Part shown: piece by piece, positions 45,300 through 59,900 of the stretch
Layout of the letters: every line of letters starts with the position of its first letter
How positions within the stretch are numbered: position 1 is the first letter of the stretch
Source of the DNA: the human T2T-CHM13v2.0 reference genome, Homo sapiens
Assembly: GCF_009914755.1 (NCBI RefSeq)
Contig: NC_060931.1
Strand: one strand, 5' to 3'
DNA: 64,000 nt
Notes under the pieces: model-generated
What the model was told of the DNA's origin: nothing
What the model saw: the letters and a program-made list of their open reading frames with translations, nothing else
Databases searched by the model: none
Program-made: the position numbers and the translations under genes

Positions 45300-45935
45300 G
45301 ACAGTAGTGACAACTAGCAAAAAAGAAAGACATGGAAGCCACCAATCAGTACCCACCTTGAGTAGGTGAATGGAGGGTAAACTGTGGCACATCCAGATGA
45401 CAGAGTGTTATTCAGCTGAAAAGAAATGAGCTATCAAGCCAAGAAATGACAGGGAAGAAATTTAAATGCATATTATCAAGTGAAGGAAGCCCATCTGAAA
45501 AGGCTACACATGTATGATTCCAACCCTATGGCATTCTGGAAAAGGCAACACTATGAAGACAGTGAAAAGGTCAGCGGCTGCCGGGGTGCAGGAGAGAGAA
45601 GCGCGGCACAGAGGATTTCTAGGGCAGCGAAACTACTCCATACGGTACTGTCATGGTGGATGTCACTTATCATGCACCTGTCCAAACCCATGGAATGTAC
45701 AACACCCAGAGTGAGCCCTAACGTAGACTGTGGACTCATCAATACTGGCTCATCAATTCTAACAAATGTGCTGTTCTGGTGCGGCGATGCTGACGGCAGG
45801 AGAGTGTGTGTCTCTGTGCGTGAATATGCATGCGTGTGTACATGTAAGCACGTGTGTGTGAGCCCTCGGTTCTTTCCCCTCAATTTTGCGGCAAATCTGA
45901 AACTGCTCTAAAAATAACATCTTCTAATTTTAAAA
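45300..45935 (+). mobile_element. L1MC-type 3' end fragment
   Basis: aaactgtggcacatccaga...aaatgagctatcaagcc...ggcattctggaaaaggcaacactatg...caaaacccatggaatgtacaacac...aaactgctctaaaaataa. Confidence 0.85.
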
Positions 45936-46679
45936 ACCATTTTAAAAGCTGTCAAACATTAAAACACACACACACACGCACACACACACACACTTGGCAA
46001 ACATAGGTGGAGACCTGCAATCATCTGGCAGAATCAGACTCTCATTTCGTCCTGTGGGGCTGCAGACAGAAGCTCCCTGTGGACAGCATGCTGCATCTGG
46101 GTCCAGCTCTGTGCACGGCCGAGAGCTACCCTCAGGAAATGTCTGCTGAACTGGCTGGCTTAAAAATTAACTGCCTCTGCCCTTAGAGCAAGAAGTGGGG
46201 AGGGAGGAGAAGGGATGCCCGTGTAAACATTTACTGAGACGGCAGAGAGAGGCAGAGCCCGTGCTGGCCGCGTGAGCTGGGGCAGGACCATCGCAGGCCT
46301 TAGCAAGAGATGCAACTGCTCGGTCCCAGCCCTGTCACCTGTAAGAGGGAGCAGAACAAGCCTCCTCAGACAGAAGTGTGACGAGTAAATGACAGAGCAT
46401 ATCTAAAGCACTCGGCAGGGTCCTGCAGATCCCTCAACAGCGCTGACTGAGTGGCATTCCTTCTGCACAGGCTGGACATGGAGAGATGTATCTCATGACA
46501 TCCCTAAAAATCCTATGCTCAAATGAAGAAGCTGAGTTCAGAGGGAGTAACCATCTTCCTGAAGCTATTGTAAAGGGTACAAATAGGGGCAGGAAAGAGA
46601 TGAACTCACAAACAACAAAAGAGCTTTTACACGCAGGGCCAGGGATTTTCCTTTTGGTTATGAAAAACGTATTGGTCCT

Positions 46680-47184
<505 letters not shown>

Positions 47185-49577
47185 CTACTTACACCTTTTG
47201 GGGAGGTCAAAGCTGACACCCCAACCTTAAAAGCTGTGGCAATGAGCTTCACCAGATTCCATCCTCCACCAACAGCCCAGGGAGCACCAACCCTGCTGAA
47301 GGTGGGGACGAGAGTCTGCAGCCTCCGTGGCCTGTGTGCTGGCAGGAAAGACAGGCCCCTGCCCTGAGCAGAGCGGAGCTGGCTGGTGGGATGCTGGAGA
47401 GTGGAGGCTCTGGGGCCCTAGACAGGGTAAGGTCTGGACATGGAAGATGAGACAGGCTCAAAGAATGCAGTAACCGAGAGCTCAGGGTCAGCAAAGCAGC
47501 AGCTCCCACAGCCTCCCTCCTTGTGCACGGGTGAGAAGGTCCAAAACAGAAACGCACAGCTGCGACAGCCGAGGCCCCTGCAGGGTTGCAAAGAGCTATG
47601 GGAATTGGGGAGAGATACTGCCCCTGCTCACTGTCTCGTGGGAGGACTGGGAGTCTCGGACAAGATGCCACGGATGTATGAGCAGAGCCTTCACGGGGAA
47701 GAAGAGGCCTGAGCCATGCGGGAGTCAGAGAATTCTCAGGCATCATTTCATGAGAGAGAAATAGAGATGCAGCCCAAGAGGAGTGAGCCCCAAGCCAAGC
47801 GGGAGAGACGCTCAACTCGTGTTTTAGAGAAGTTGGCCCTGGAGCTGGAGTTCACAAGAGGCATAGTAGGTTCTGTAGGCATACGAGCAAGGTGGGCTAA
47901 AGTCACCCACACAAACCTCAGCTCCATTTCTGATACATGAAGATGGCAAAGCACCAAAAAGAACACATGGAACAGCAAAAATCAGAACTTTGAAATGCAA
48001 CGCCCATGAATTCTGGGCCCAGAAGCTAGGTGACAATAGGTAAGTTGTTTCACCTCCCTGGGGTCTCGAGGTTTTTCATCAGACAATGGGGAGAGGGGGC
48101 TGGAGAGGTCAATCCCTGGGACCCAGCAGGCCCGTATCCCACTGCACGGCAGCTGCGGCTCTTAGCATGCAGAGAAAAGGAGTGATCTGAAGATGAAAGT
48201 TAACTGCCAGACAGAAGTTAATGGTTGAAACTTATCAGTTAGGCCACTGAGCGTCTGTTGACGCCCAGGATGAATGTCTAGGGACAGTTTCTGAAGAAGC
48301 CATAAACTCTAGGTCCCGTGTTTTCCATGGCAGAGGACCAAGTCTTTGCCCTGGGCCTGTCTGGTGGAAGTGAAAAAGCTCCTGCATCAGCCGCAGCCAG
48401 GACATGGGGATCCCTGATGGGAGAGCCCAGCAAAGGCCCCCAGGGCAGCAGGCGATGAGGGCAGCAGGGGGTTCCGCTGACTTCCCCAGGACCTCCTGTA
48501 GTCTCAGCTTAAAAAGAGCAGCAAGCCTATCACAAAGTTCTCTCTCCCTCAAGCAGCGAGCTGGAGAGCGGGGAAAGGCTCCTGGCTTGGCAAGTGCCCA
48601 GACGTAGCACCGGGACAGTGGAAGAAGATGCTGAGGCCACCTGCAGGAGCCAAGAGGCTGGACAGAGCCTGGGACCTCTCTCCTCTTGCTGCACTCTCCT
48701 TCTACAGACTCAGCAAGGAGGCAACACCAGCACTCCTGTATTTTATATCCAAGAAGGGTGCAAACCGAGGCACATGCAGAGAGAGAAACAGCAAGCTGGA
48801 CCTTCGCAGCCAGGCTGCAAAGGCTGAGGATGAGCCAGGGGGTCTGAGAGCATTGGAGCCCAGGTGGTAGGAGGTTCTGTGTTTTTCCTGGATTAAAGGG
48901 GGAGCTGCGCATCGGGACCCTGTGCAGGGCATCTCCCCAACATTACTCCTGCGCATGTTCCCCTCACTAACTCCTGCGTATGGTCCCTACGTGGGGTCTT
49001 AAGTTTACAAAAAAATTATCTGCAGGTCCATTTCACCTCTGATGATTCAAGATGATACTCAATACCCTACACAAAGTGCAACTCTAAGGAGCAAATGTGT
49101 CTGCAAGTGGGCAGAGGCGGAAGAGGCATCTCACCATGATGCCAGGCTGCAGGTTTCAAGGATAGGATTCCCATGCCTCCATCTGCTTGCCTAAGCTCCC
49201 CTTCATTTCCTTCAGGGGGGCACCACCTGCCACCCTTTCCTCCCCCTTCTCCCCTCCCCAACATCTGCTTTCCTACAACTGCTTCATTTCTCCTACTTCT
49301 TTTTTCACTCTTGCCAGTAAGTCAAGTGACAGCCAGGAAAAAAGCAAGTCATGATGCCCACTCAGCTCATGTGGCTCACATGAATAAGCACTGCATTCCA
49401 GGAAGCAAAACAGTTGAAATCCCAAACTTTCAAGTGATTGTACATACATTATGTGACTTCCCTGAAACTTAAGTAAGTATTAACATAACCAACAGCTAAG
49501 AGAAAGTTATTTTTCTGTTTATTACAGAAACCTATTATTCACTTTTTTTATGCAGGAAGAAAGTGAGGCTCAGGGCC

Positions 49578-49936
49578 TATCTAAGTCCATGTGGGCTGCT
49601 ATAACAAAATATTGGGAGGCTTATAAACAACAGAAATATACTTCCCAAGGTTCTAGGGTTGGGAAGTACAAGATCAAGGCACCAGCAGATTCAGTGTCTG
49701 GTGTGGGCCCTTTTCAGGGTTCATAGAGGGTGCCTTCTTGCCATGTATGCTCATGGCAGAAGAGGTAAGGGATCTCTCTGGGGTCCCTTTTATAAAGGCA
49801 CTAATCTCATTTATAGACACTCCACCCTCGCGACCTAATCATCTCCCCAAAGGCCTCCATTTCCAGCTACCATCACCTTGGGGGTCAGGTTTCAACACAG
49901 GAATCTGGGGGAGACACAAACATCAAGACCATAGCA
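49578..49936 (-). mobile_element. MLT1A-like MaLR LTR
   Basis: gggctgctataacaaaata...aagatcaaggcaccagcagattcagtgtctgg...ttttataaaggcactaatc...gggagacacaaacatcaagaccatagca. Confidence 0.9.
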
Positions 49937-51594
49937 AGGGGGACTAGAAAGGCTTCAGGAGACAAAAAGCCCCACTGGGATCCAAGTCCAGGTCTCTGCC
50001 TCCATCCATCCACTGAGCTGCATGGCCTGGCCTGAGAGGACATACTGTCCAATGGCTCAAGAAGAGAGTGATAGCAGTCTTTTGGCGCTTCTCAAAATGT
50101 CCCAACGATGGCTCTGCCTCCCTGCCTGAGGCAGGTCCCCAGCTGCTGTCTCGGTCCCCATTTCTGCAGGATGGTTTCTCCACATTGTCAGTGCCACAGA
50201 AGGGGCTCTGAGGGCCTGGATGGGAGGAGCCTGTGACAATGTCACTGACAGCAGCAGATCAACAGCACCACCACACACCAGCCACATGCTCCAGGGCATG
50301 TGTGGAGCCTGTAGACACAGGCGCAAGTGCTCCCACACAGAGGGGAACACCATCGAGGGGGTTTAACACAGCACACGCTACCACCCAGTCTTGGGTCTGA
50401 TGCCAGACCAAAGCCTATGAGCTGAACCAAGGCTTCATACTTGCCTGAGCAATCTGAGTGCAGCGTCTAAGGAGCCCACTGGGCAATATATGTAAACACA
50501 GTAATGAAGGACTCAAAAGCCGAGTGCAATAATGTGGGAGAAGCCACAGCCATATTCAGTTCCTGGAAGACCGAGCGGCTCCCTTAGCCACATACCCTGC
50601 AGGAGCAGCTGGGGAGTTATGGCCCTCATATCCCCAACAACGACGGCATTATATTTTTGGAATGAGAAGGTGCTTTGTTATTGCCAGGGGCTTTCTCCCC
50701 TGTGGTTCAAAGCTGTATTATAAAAAAAATGAACACGGATATATTTCCCCACACTGTGATCTGATAGGAATAAGAGCTTATCCATCCCTCAGCAAACTGC
50801 CAATTGCTGCCGTTAGAAATTCCATATTCAGTGATAGTTAAGGATTTTGGAATACACTTTGAACCAAAGAATTCAATCCCTTAAGCAGCCGGCGACAGGC
50901 TTCATTTAAGAAATGGAAGGAACAACAGCAGGCTCATCTCTGCGGCTGTGGCTCAGAGGTGGCTGGGCCCACAACAGAGTCAGGACAAGCAGCCCACCCC
51001 CTCCTCCTACTCCGCAGCCGACCCAAGGTGCAAGCAATGCGGACAAAGGCACCATACAACAGGGGTGAGGGACAACACATCCCAGTCCTCCTAGGGGAGG
51101 GGGAAGCTCTCCAAGTCTGAAATGCTCCCCCAAAGGTACAATCTTCCCACTCACCACTGCATTCAGAAGCACTGCTCCCACACCACTGAAGGTGCACAGC
51201 ACCCCAGGAAAGGAGCCTATCTGTGGACAAAAAACCTCAAATAAACCACGGTCAGAAATCAGCTACGCCTAGGAGTGTGTGAACAAGAAATGCCCACTCC
51301 TCTGGAAAAGGGGAAGCCCTCTCCAGAGCAGGGTGGAAAGCAAGAGGAGAAGCGCTCCACACAGCCCCCAGGAGGCCCGAGAAGTGCACCCCACATGACA
51401 TCTGAAGGAGGCAGCCAGCAAGGAGGTGTGGCCAGGTCACAGGGGCTGCTGGTCTGGGGTTCAGGAAGGGGGCAGCAAGGCCCTGTGCCATCCTCTCTGC
51501 TCCTGCACGTGCTCGGCATTCTCCATAATGAAGACTTTAAAAAGTCTCTTGGGAGAAAAGAAATAGAGCTATACTAGTCTAGTTCTTCCAACTT

Positions 51595-51748
51595 TGTGTG
51601 TGTGTGTGTGTGTGTGTATTTCTGTGCACACATATGCATGTATGCGTGTGAGCACAAATGTGTTTGTGTGCATGTGTATTTATGTGCATGCATGTGTATT
51701 TATGTGCATGCACATGTGTGTATTTACTCATGTGTGTGTTTGTGTATG
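51595..51748 (+). repeat. (TG)n / TG-rich low complexity
   Basis: Direct reading. Confidence 0.9.
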
Positions 51749-52783
51749 CCTGAGATCGGGAGGGTCGGGGAAACCAGCCGCCCTAGTCCTCACATGGAAA
51801 ACAGACCCACATGCAGTGAGTTCATGGTAACATGAAGTCAGCTTCCAGCATAGCCTTCCACTCGGAGCCGAAGGCAGGGCTGGAAATGATCAAAACAGCT
51901 GACCCATGAGGTCTGTAACAGTAGCAAAATCCCAAGACTCTAAAACTCCTCTTCCCTGGACCTACAGCCATGGGGACAACCTGTCAGGGCACCTACAGAG
52001 CCCCCATAGGCAGGGCCAAACAGTAGATGGGGCAAAACACTGCTGACACCCCGACTGCAGACCCAAATCATACCTGGGGATTCCGTAAGTACAGCCACCA
52101 TCCCCAGGAGATCTGAAGGTGCGAGCACCAAGACAACGTAGAAAACCATGTGCTTCTTCCTTGGGGTGTCTGTCACTTCCCACACGGCACTTCCAGGCCA
52201 CCTCACTTCCCCACTCACCAAAACCCTAAGCCCAACAGGACATAGCCAGGCCTCCTTTGGTCATAGAGGCCATCGGGCAATTGAACCTCTCTAGAGACTC
52301 ACAAACCTCAGTGAACATCACTAAACCTTACTCCAGGGTTCCCAGGTTTCCGTGGCAGCTGAAAACCCCAATCCGTCTATGCACAACTATCTCCAAAATG
52401 AGGCAGAAAAGTCTCCAGGCCAGGGGAATGCCCTGGACCTCCCTGCTCCTGCCCTCTCTCCACCGAGAGGCAGTATGACAAGGCAGTGAGAAACCAGGGA
52501 CCATGTGCCACTGAGAAGGAGCTGTTGATGTGGCCAGGGGACAACTATTGAATTCTTATCTGAAATCAAATTCTTAAGAATTATTTTCCATAATCAAAAC
52601 CGTGGATTTCAAAGCTCTTTGGTTTATCCTTGAGATGAAAAGTATACACCGTATCCCAGCCCTGGCTTTCCTAAAGAGTTTTCTTTCCGTGGCTGCAGTC
52701 CAAAGAGGCCCCCCCACACATATCATTCAATGAAGGCCAAGTCAGCTATAAAAAGTCCCATGGGAAAGCAACGGAATGCTTAC

Positions 52784-52821
52784 CTTGGCTTCACATTTCT
52801 TGTGGCAGGAATACTTGCAGG
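52784..52821 (-). CDS. TNS3: 38-nt exon; encodes (A)CKYSCHKKCEAK, part of a C1 domain in long isoforms; 5'UTR in the canonical short-N-terminus transcript (recalled)
   Basis: Minus strand: cttgac (branch-point-like)...ttctttctcttttttttttttccag|CCTGCAAGTATTCCTGCCACAAGAAATGTGAAGCCAAG|gtaagc. Starts in phase 1, ends in phase 0; C-x4-H-x2-C spacing. Confidence 0.9.
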
Positions 52822-53085
52822 CTGGAAAAAAAAAAAAGAGAAAGAATGTGTGTCAAGCAGTCTCTCTAGCAAGAATTCTTACATCTTCAAACCCTCTCAA
52901 TCCTTCAGAGTCTCTGGCTTGAAGATCCCATAGGTGGCCTCTCTCTGGCACGAGAGAGATTTTTACATATGACACACGGCAGTGTGGACAGAAGGCAGTG
53001 AGGACATGGTGTGCAAGAGCAGAGTTACAACTGTTGTCTGTTAGCAACAGCTCAGGTGGCTCAGGTAGGAATGTCTTGGGAGCAC

Positions 53086-53142
53086 GGTCATGAGCAGATT
53101 GGTTTTTCAAGGGGTCATGAGCAGATTGGTTTTTCAAGGGGT
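53086..53142 (+). repeat. Perfect 27-bp tandem duplication
   Basis: ggtcatgagcagattggtttttcaagg x2 followed by ggt. Confidence 0.97.
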
Positions 53143-53346
53143 ATGTACGTCCAGCCGAACTGGATCCCTAAAGAAGAATAGTGAATTTCAGCAGCAGAAT
53201 GCATTCGTGTGTGCCCAGAAATTATAGCTGATCCCTGAAAAAAGAAGAGAAACTGGAAGATGCCCCTTAAGAATCAGAATTTAAAGTGTCCATGAAAGAC
53301 CGGATGGGAGCCTTTAAATTTGTGAGAAAGTCGTGCATCTGGATTT

Positions 53347-53500
53347 CGGAAGTGCTTCCACTTCCGGCCAACCTGAGAACTGACTGTCAGAATAAATTCA
53401 TGTCTAAATTCCTATAGGAGAATCCTTCCAGAGGGGCCATTGTGTGAACGGAGCGAGTCCTGTGTCCTTTCGGAGGCCCTAACAATGCAATGCGGAGCTG
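53347..53500. promoter_or_regulatory. Candidate enhancer: inverted pair of ETS sites plus SOX and CCAAT motifs
   Basis: CGGAAGTG-cttc-CACTTCCG (53347-53366); CATTGT (53438); AACAATG (53481); CCAAT (53494); non-repetitive sequence with retained CpGs. Confidence 0.45.
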
Positions 53501-54483
53501 GAACCAATGCGGATTTCACAGGCCCTTCTGCCCAGAGGCTGCAGCTGTGATCATGAGGCATAAACCTCCCCACGAGCACCACGGGCATGCTGCAGGCAGG
53601 CCTTGCAGGACAGGGAGAGAGAAATGAAGCAACAACACCTAATAATCCCAACACAGCCTCCTGTGCCAGCTCCAAGGGAACGTCGGGTACATGCCCTCCC
53701 TTCCCCCACGTTTGCCAGCCCACAGGGACAGCTGTGGGAGGAGGGAAAGAGACCTGGGTTGGGGAACAGTGACCAAAGCCTCCTATCCAGGCTCTGCCCC
53801 TCAAGCTGGGTCTCTGCTTCCTCCCACGGAGCTATCATGGGTCAAATGGAATCCTTCAAGGGACCCTGCTTTGAAACTAGAAAGCAATGTCCACATGCAG
53901 AAGTGTGTGGGACCTGAAGACCAAGGCCTCAGAAGTCAGGGAGAGGGGCCCCACATCCCAGCTCTGCGTGTCAACACCCCGTGAATTTAATCAATGTCTC
54001 ACTCCCCCTCCTGCACTCTGTTTTCTATGATGTGTCAAAGTCAAAAAGGTTTGTGTAGGGTTGAATGAGGATGAAACAGATAAGGTCACTTGCCCACTGC
54101 CTGGCAATTATTAGAACTCCAGTAGTTACAGCTAGGTTGTTATCTTTGTATGATCTATATTTTTGAATTGCTGAATTGTCATTCTATACCTTGAGGTTTG
54201 TAAGATTATTCACAAAGACATGTATTTATCCTACACCTTCTGATGGGCAAAACACACAAAGGTGATCAGTGATTTTCAAATCAAGAGAGACTTGCCATTG
54301 GGAAACAAGGGGCTTCCACACAAGATTAAAAGTCCAGACAGAAACCATCCCCAGCAGAGGCCAGCACAAAGGACTGAGATAAGGAGAAGGGCGGTGGGCA
54401 GGCCTCTGGCCTCTGGCTGAGTGAGAGTCAGGCAAAGAATTCTGCCCACACACGTCTAGCAGCATGTCACAGGACCACGATAT

Positions 54484-54992
54484 CATGCAGCGGTTAGCCT
54501 TCCAGATGGCCTGGGTGACCTCGTCTCTTGGCCCCCATGCTGGTGTATAGCCCCCTCCCACAGTGAATCAGCTGGGCTGTGTGACAGTGCAACCTGGCAG
54601 AGGAGATGGTGTGTGACTTTTGTGGCTAAAAGACATCGTGACTTCTGTCCTGGTCTCCAGGATCACTCATTCTGAGGACAGCCAGATGCCATGTTGTGAG
54701 GACACTCAAGCAGCCCTGTGGAGAGGCCCCCATGGAGAGGAACTGAGGCTTCCCACAAACAGCTGGCCCCAGCTTCCCAGCCACAGAAGTGTGCCACCTC
54801 GGAAGCTGGTCTCCAACCCCAACCAAGCCTTCAGATGGTGCAGCCTCTCCAGAGACCCTGAGCCAGAACTGCCCAGTCACCTGTGTCCCAAATTCCTGAT
54901 CACTGACACAGTGGGAGATAACAGATGCTTACTGCTATGTTAAGGTACTAACTTTGGGGATCATTTGTCATGCAACACGCCAACTCAACACA
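54484..54992 (+). mobile_element. MLT1F-like MaLR LTR
   Basis: cccctcccacagtgaatc...tgccatgttgtgaggacactcaagcagccc...gagaccctgagccagaac...aactttggggatcatttgtcatgca. Confidence 0.85.
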
Positions 54993-56468
54993 AAAAAATG
55001 GCCCTGGTCAGTGCAAGGGTGGCAGTGATATGATACATTCATGGTGGGTGGCCTACTCGGCCACCAGACAGCCATCGGCACTGTAGGGCAAAATCATTAA
55101 ATTCAATTATCATAGTGAAATCATATAAACTGCCCATGAGCCAAGACTACAATCCTGAGAGGCAGGGCCATTGTTTCTGGTATGTAGACAAGTGACCCTC
55201 AAAGTTTTACAAATGTTTGGACTAGGACTTCACACTCGATTGTCAGCAGCATGGATAATCCTCAGAGTAGCAAGTCCACCGTCAATCTATCCGTGGCCCA
55301 GCTCTGGTCAGCACCGCACCAGGCAGTGTACAAGATACTTTCCCGTATGTTACTGCACTTGCTCCTCGTAAGCACCTCTCGGGGAGAAACTGTAAGGGTG
55401 ACTCAGCCAAGGGGGCAGCCATGGTCCATGAAGGTGGGACTCCAGCCCATCTGTGCATCAAATTCAGTGTTTGCATCCAGCCATACTCTCCCTGCCTTTC
55501 TGACATATTACAAAATATGAATCAAACAGTGCCCAGGCCCAGCTTCCTATCCTGCCGCCCACAGGAGACAGCCCCCTGCCTGCCCTACCCCTGCCTGCCC
55601 TAACCCTGCCCATACCAACCTCACCTCCTCATTCACGCCATCCTGCACCCACCTCCTGGGCCCGGCTCAGCTGCCTCCGTTCCTGAGTTGACACCCTTCT
55701 GTGCCACTGAACCATCATGGCAGGTCATCATGGCTTGTCATATCATGATGATCTCCCTGTGTCCATCTCTCCCGATGGGCTGCAAGCTCCTCAAGGGACA
55801 GCGTCTCTGTTGTGCATGACCAGGGTCTCACAATAGCAGCACTAACACGAGTAACAGGCAGCTAATACACTCAGCACCTAAAAGTTTGAACTGCATGCGT
55901 ATTGCCAAATTTCCACCACACCCTGGAAAGAAGCTACCTATCTTCGCCTGTTTTACTAATGTGAGACTGGGGTTTGTGGATGAGACTGAGGATTCACGTG
56001 CTGGACAACTGTGTCCCAATCTTGACCTGTTCCAGGTCTGCTTTCAGAAGGCCATAGCCAGCAGGCCCACAAGCTATGGAGACCTCATTACCTGATCACC
56101 ACTTAGGGATTCGGGGCTGTGAAGGTGCTGGCCAGAAGGGAGGCTCCAAAACAGAAGAAGAACTTCGCACCAAAATCCATCTCTGAAGCACACAGGCCCA
56201 GAAGACAAAACGTATGTGTTCACTTTGACCCTCAGCCAGGCAGACCCGCCTCCTTTTTGGAATAGCAGTTGTGTGAGCTGGCAGCTAAACTAGCCACCTT
56301 CTCAGGGGATGTCATTTTTATTTGAAAGAACTCCTAGCAGACAAAATGCAGTTATTCAGACTCGAGTGCTTGTCATTTTCTCAAAAATGAAGTGAGTCTG
56401 TCATCATAAACCAATGTCAAAATTTGAGATTTCAAGTGAAAATTAGAATTTTAAAAGACTAGTACCCA

Positions 56469-56759
56469 GGCCAGGTGCGGTGGCTCACGCCTGTAATCTC
56501 AACACTTTGGGAGGCTGAGGCGGGCAGATCACTTGAGGTCAGGAGTTTGAGACTAGCCTGGCCAACATAGTGAAACCCCATCTCTACTAAAAATACAAGA
56601 AATTAGCTGGGCATGATGATGCATGTCTGTAATCCCAGCTACTTGGGAGGCTGAGGCACAAGAATCTCCTGAACCCAGGAGGCAGAGGTTGCAGTGAGCC
56701 GAGATCGTGCCCTGGGTGACAGAGTAAGACTGTCTTTAAAAAAAAAAAAAAAAAAAAAA
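56469..56759 (+). mobile_element. AluS with a small 3' deletion
   Basis: Dimer with poly(A); TSD aaaagact(a/t)gtaccca. Confidence 0.95.
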
Positions 56760-57322
56760 GACTTGTACCCATCACCAGGGCCTAACAACTCCTAGGACAT
56801 TTCTGTTAAAATCAACAATATTATTAACAAATGTGGGGATTTTCCTGAGATTGTATAACAAATATGTCAACATTTAGAAGTTCTGCGAAATTGTCAGTGG
56901 ACCAATAATTTCCAAATGTCCAGTGCGTGGTGTTCCACACCGGGTAAAAGATGCACTTGGTGTGCAAGACAGGCCAGTGGATTTTAATAAAACAGCGTAG
57001 GAAAAACTCTACTGACACAATTTCAGATTCCACAGTGAAACTGAACTTTAAGCAACTGTCACTTGAGTTCTGGTGTAGAATCAAAATGAAATAGCTACAA
57101 TGGCCGGAAAAGCCTATTAAAATGCCTCCTTTTCCAAGTAGATATGTTTATGGGGCTAGATTGTCTTTGACGCTTCAAACCAAACATTGCAGAAGACTGC
57201 ATGCAAGGGTAACCAGCCTCTTGATTAAGGCTGCATAACAGAATCACAAAAAAAAATGCACCTCCTCTCATTTTGTTGTTTTGAAACATAGTTATTTTTT
57301 ATTAAGCTTATGTTCATTTTAA

Positions 57323-57695
<373 letters not shown>

Positions 57696-58629
57696 TTAAA
57701 TATTTTAAATACTCATCAGTTTCCCATTTCTAATAGGGTAAATCGTGATGAATACAAACCACACTGACAGGAGCCCTTTAGGGTCTTCTAGGACCCTAGC
57801 AGTGGGTGCCCGAGACCCGCAGCGCGAGGGCAACCCCGTTCATTCTCCTTGCCTGAGGCTCTCAGAATGGGGTAAGGACCCAACTCTGACCAACAGAAAG
57901 GTAAGTGAATTCTCCCAGGGGCTTCTGGCGAAGGCCTTCCCACTCCTGTAAACGAAGCAAGGGAAAATGCCTCAGCTTCTGGAACCTCCCCCTCTGAGCA
58001 CGGAGCTGGACCCACAAGAAGAACCTGGAGAACTTGGGTTGCAGAACCGGGGCCCAGGCACACTGCCCGGAGCCTGCCGGCCGCTGCACCTCCCCCTGCA
58101 GAAGACACATGCCCTGCTGGCTGGGAGAGGCTCCTTCCATGCAGCCCCGTTATTGGCTGCCACGGTGCCTTCCACGAAGCTCCATGTACTTTAGACGCCT
58201 TGTTCCACCTGTTCCCATGGGGACCAGGGAGAAAGTCACATTCTCACTCCGTTGCACGAACAGCAAACTGCAGCACAGAGCGGAAGCTGCCTGCCCTGGG
58301 CGACAGAGCAGGTTAAGCAGTGACACCAGCTGCCAGCCCAGCTCTAGATGGGCAGAGCCCACCTCCCAGAGCTGGACTGGAACACCCAGTGAGCTGGTGT
58401 GCAAAGGCTCTTCTGTGCCTGGTGCAAGAACTGGGGCTCCACATGCATGAGCCCACTAAAGCAAACATCTACCATGAGCTACACACCAGGACCAGGAGCA
58501 GGTGTCCAGGGACCTCAGGAGTCTGAACTCACATGCTCACTCCAGCCCCTCTCCAAGGATCCGTGCCAGTCATGTCCCCTCTGGCACACATTTCCCCTTC
58601 TGTAATTAGGAGTAGAACAGGGTGATAGC

Positions 58630-59900
<1,271 letters not shown>

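Noticed and set aside
48235-48912. 225-aa minus-strand ORF
   Set aside because: Starts at a non-ATG codon; no recognisable homology or exon signals.
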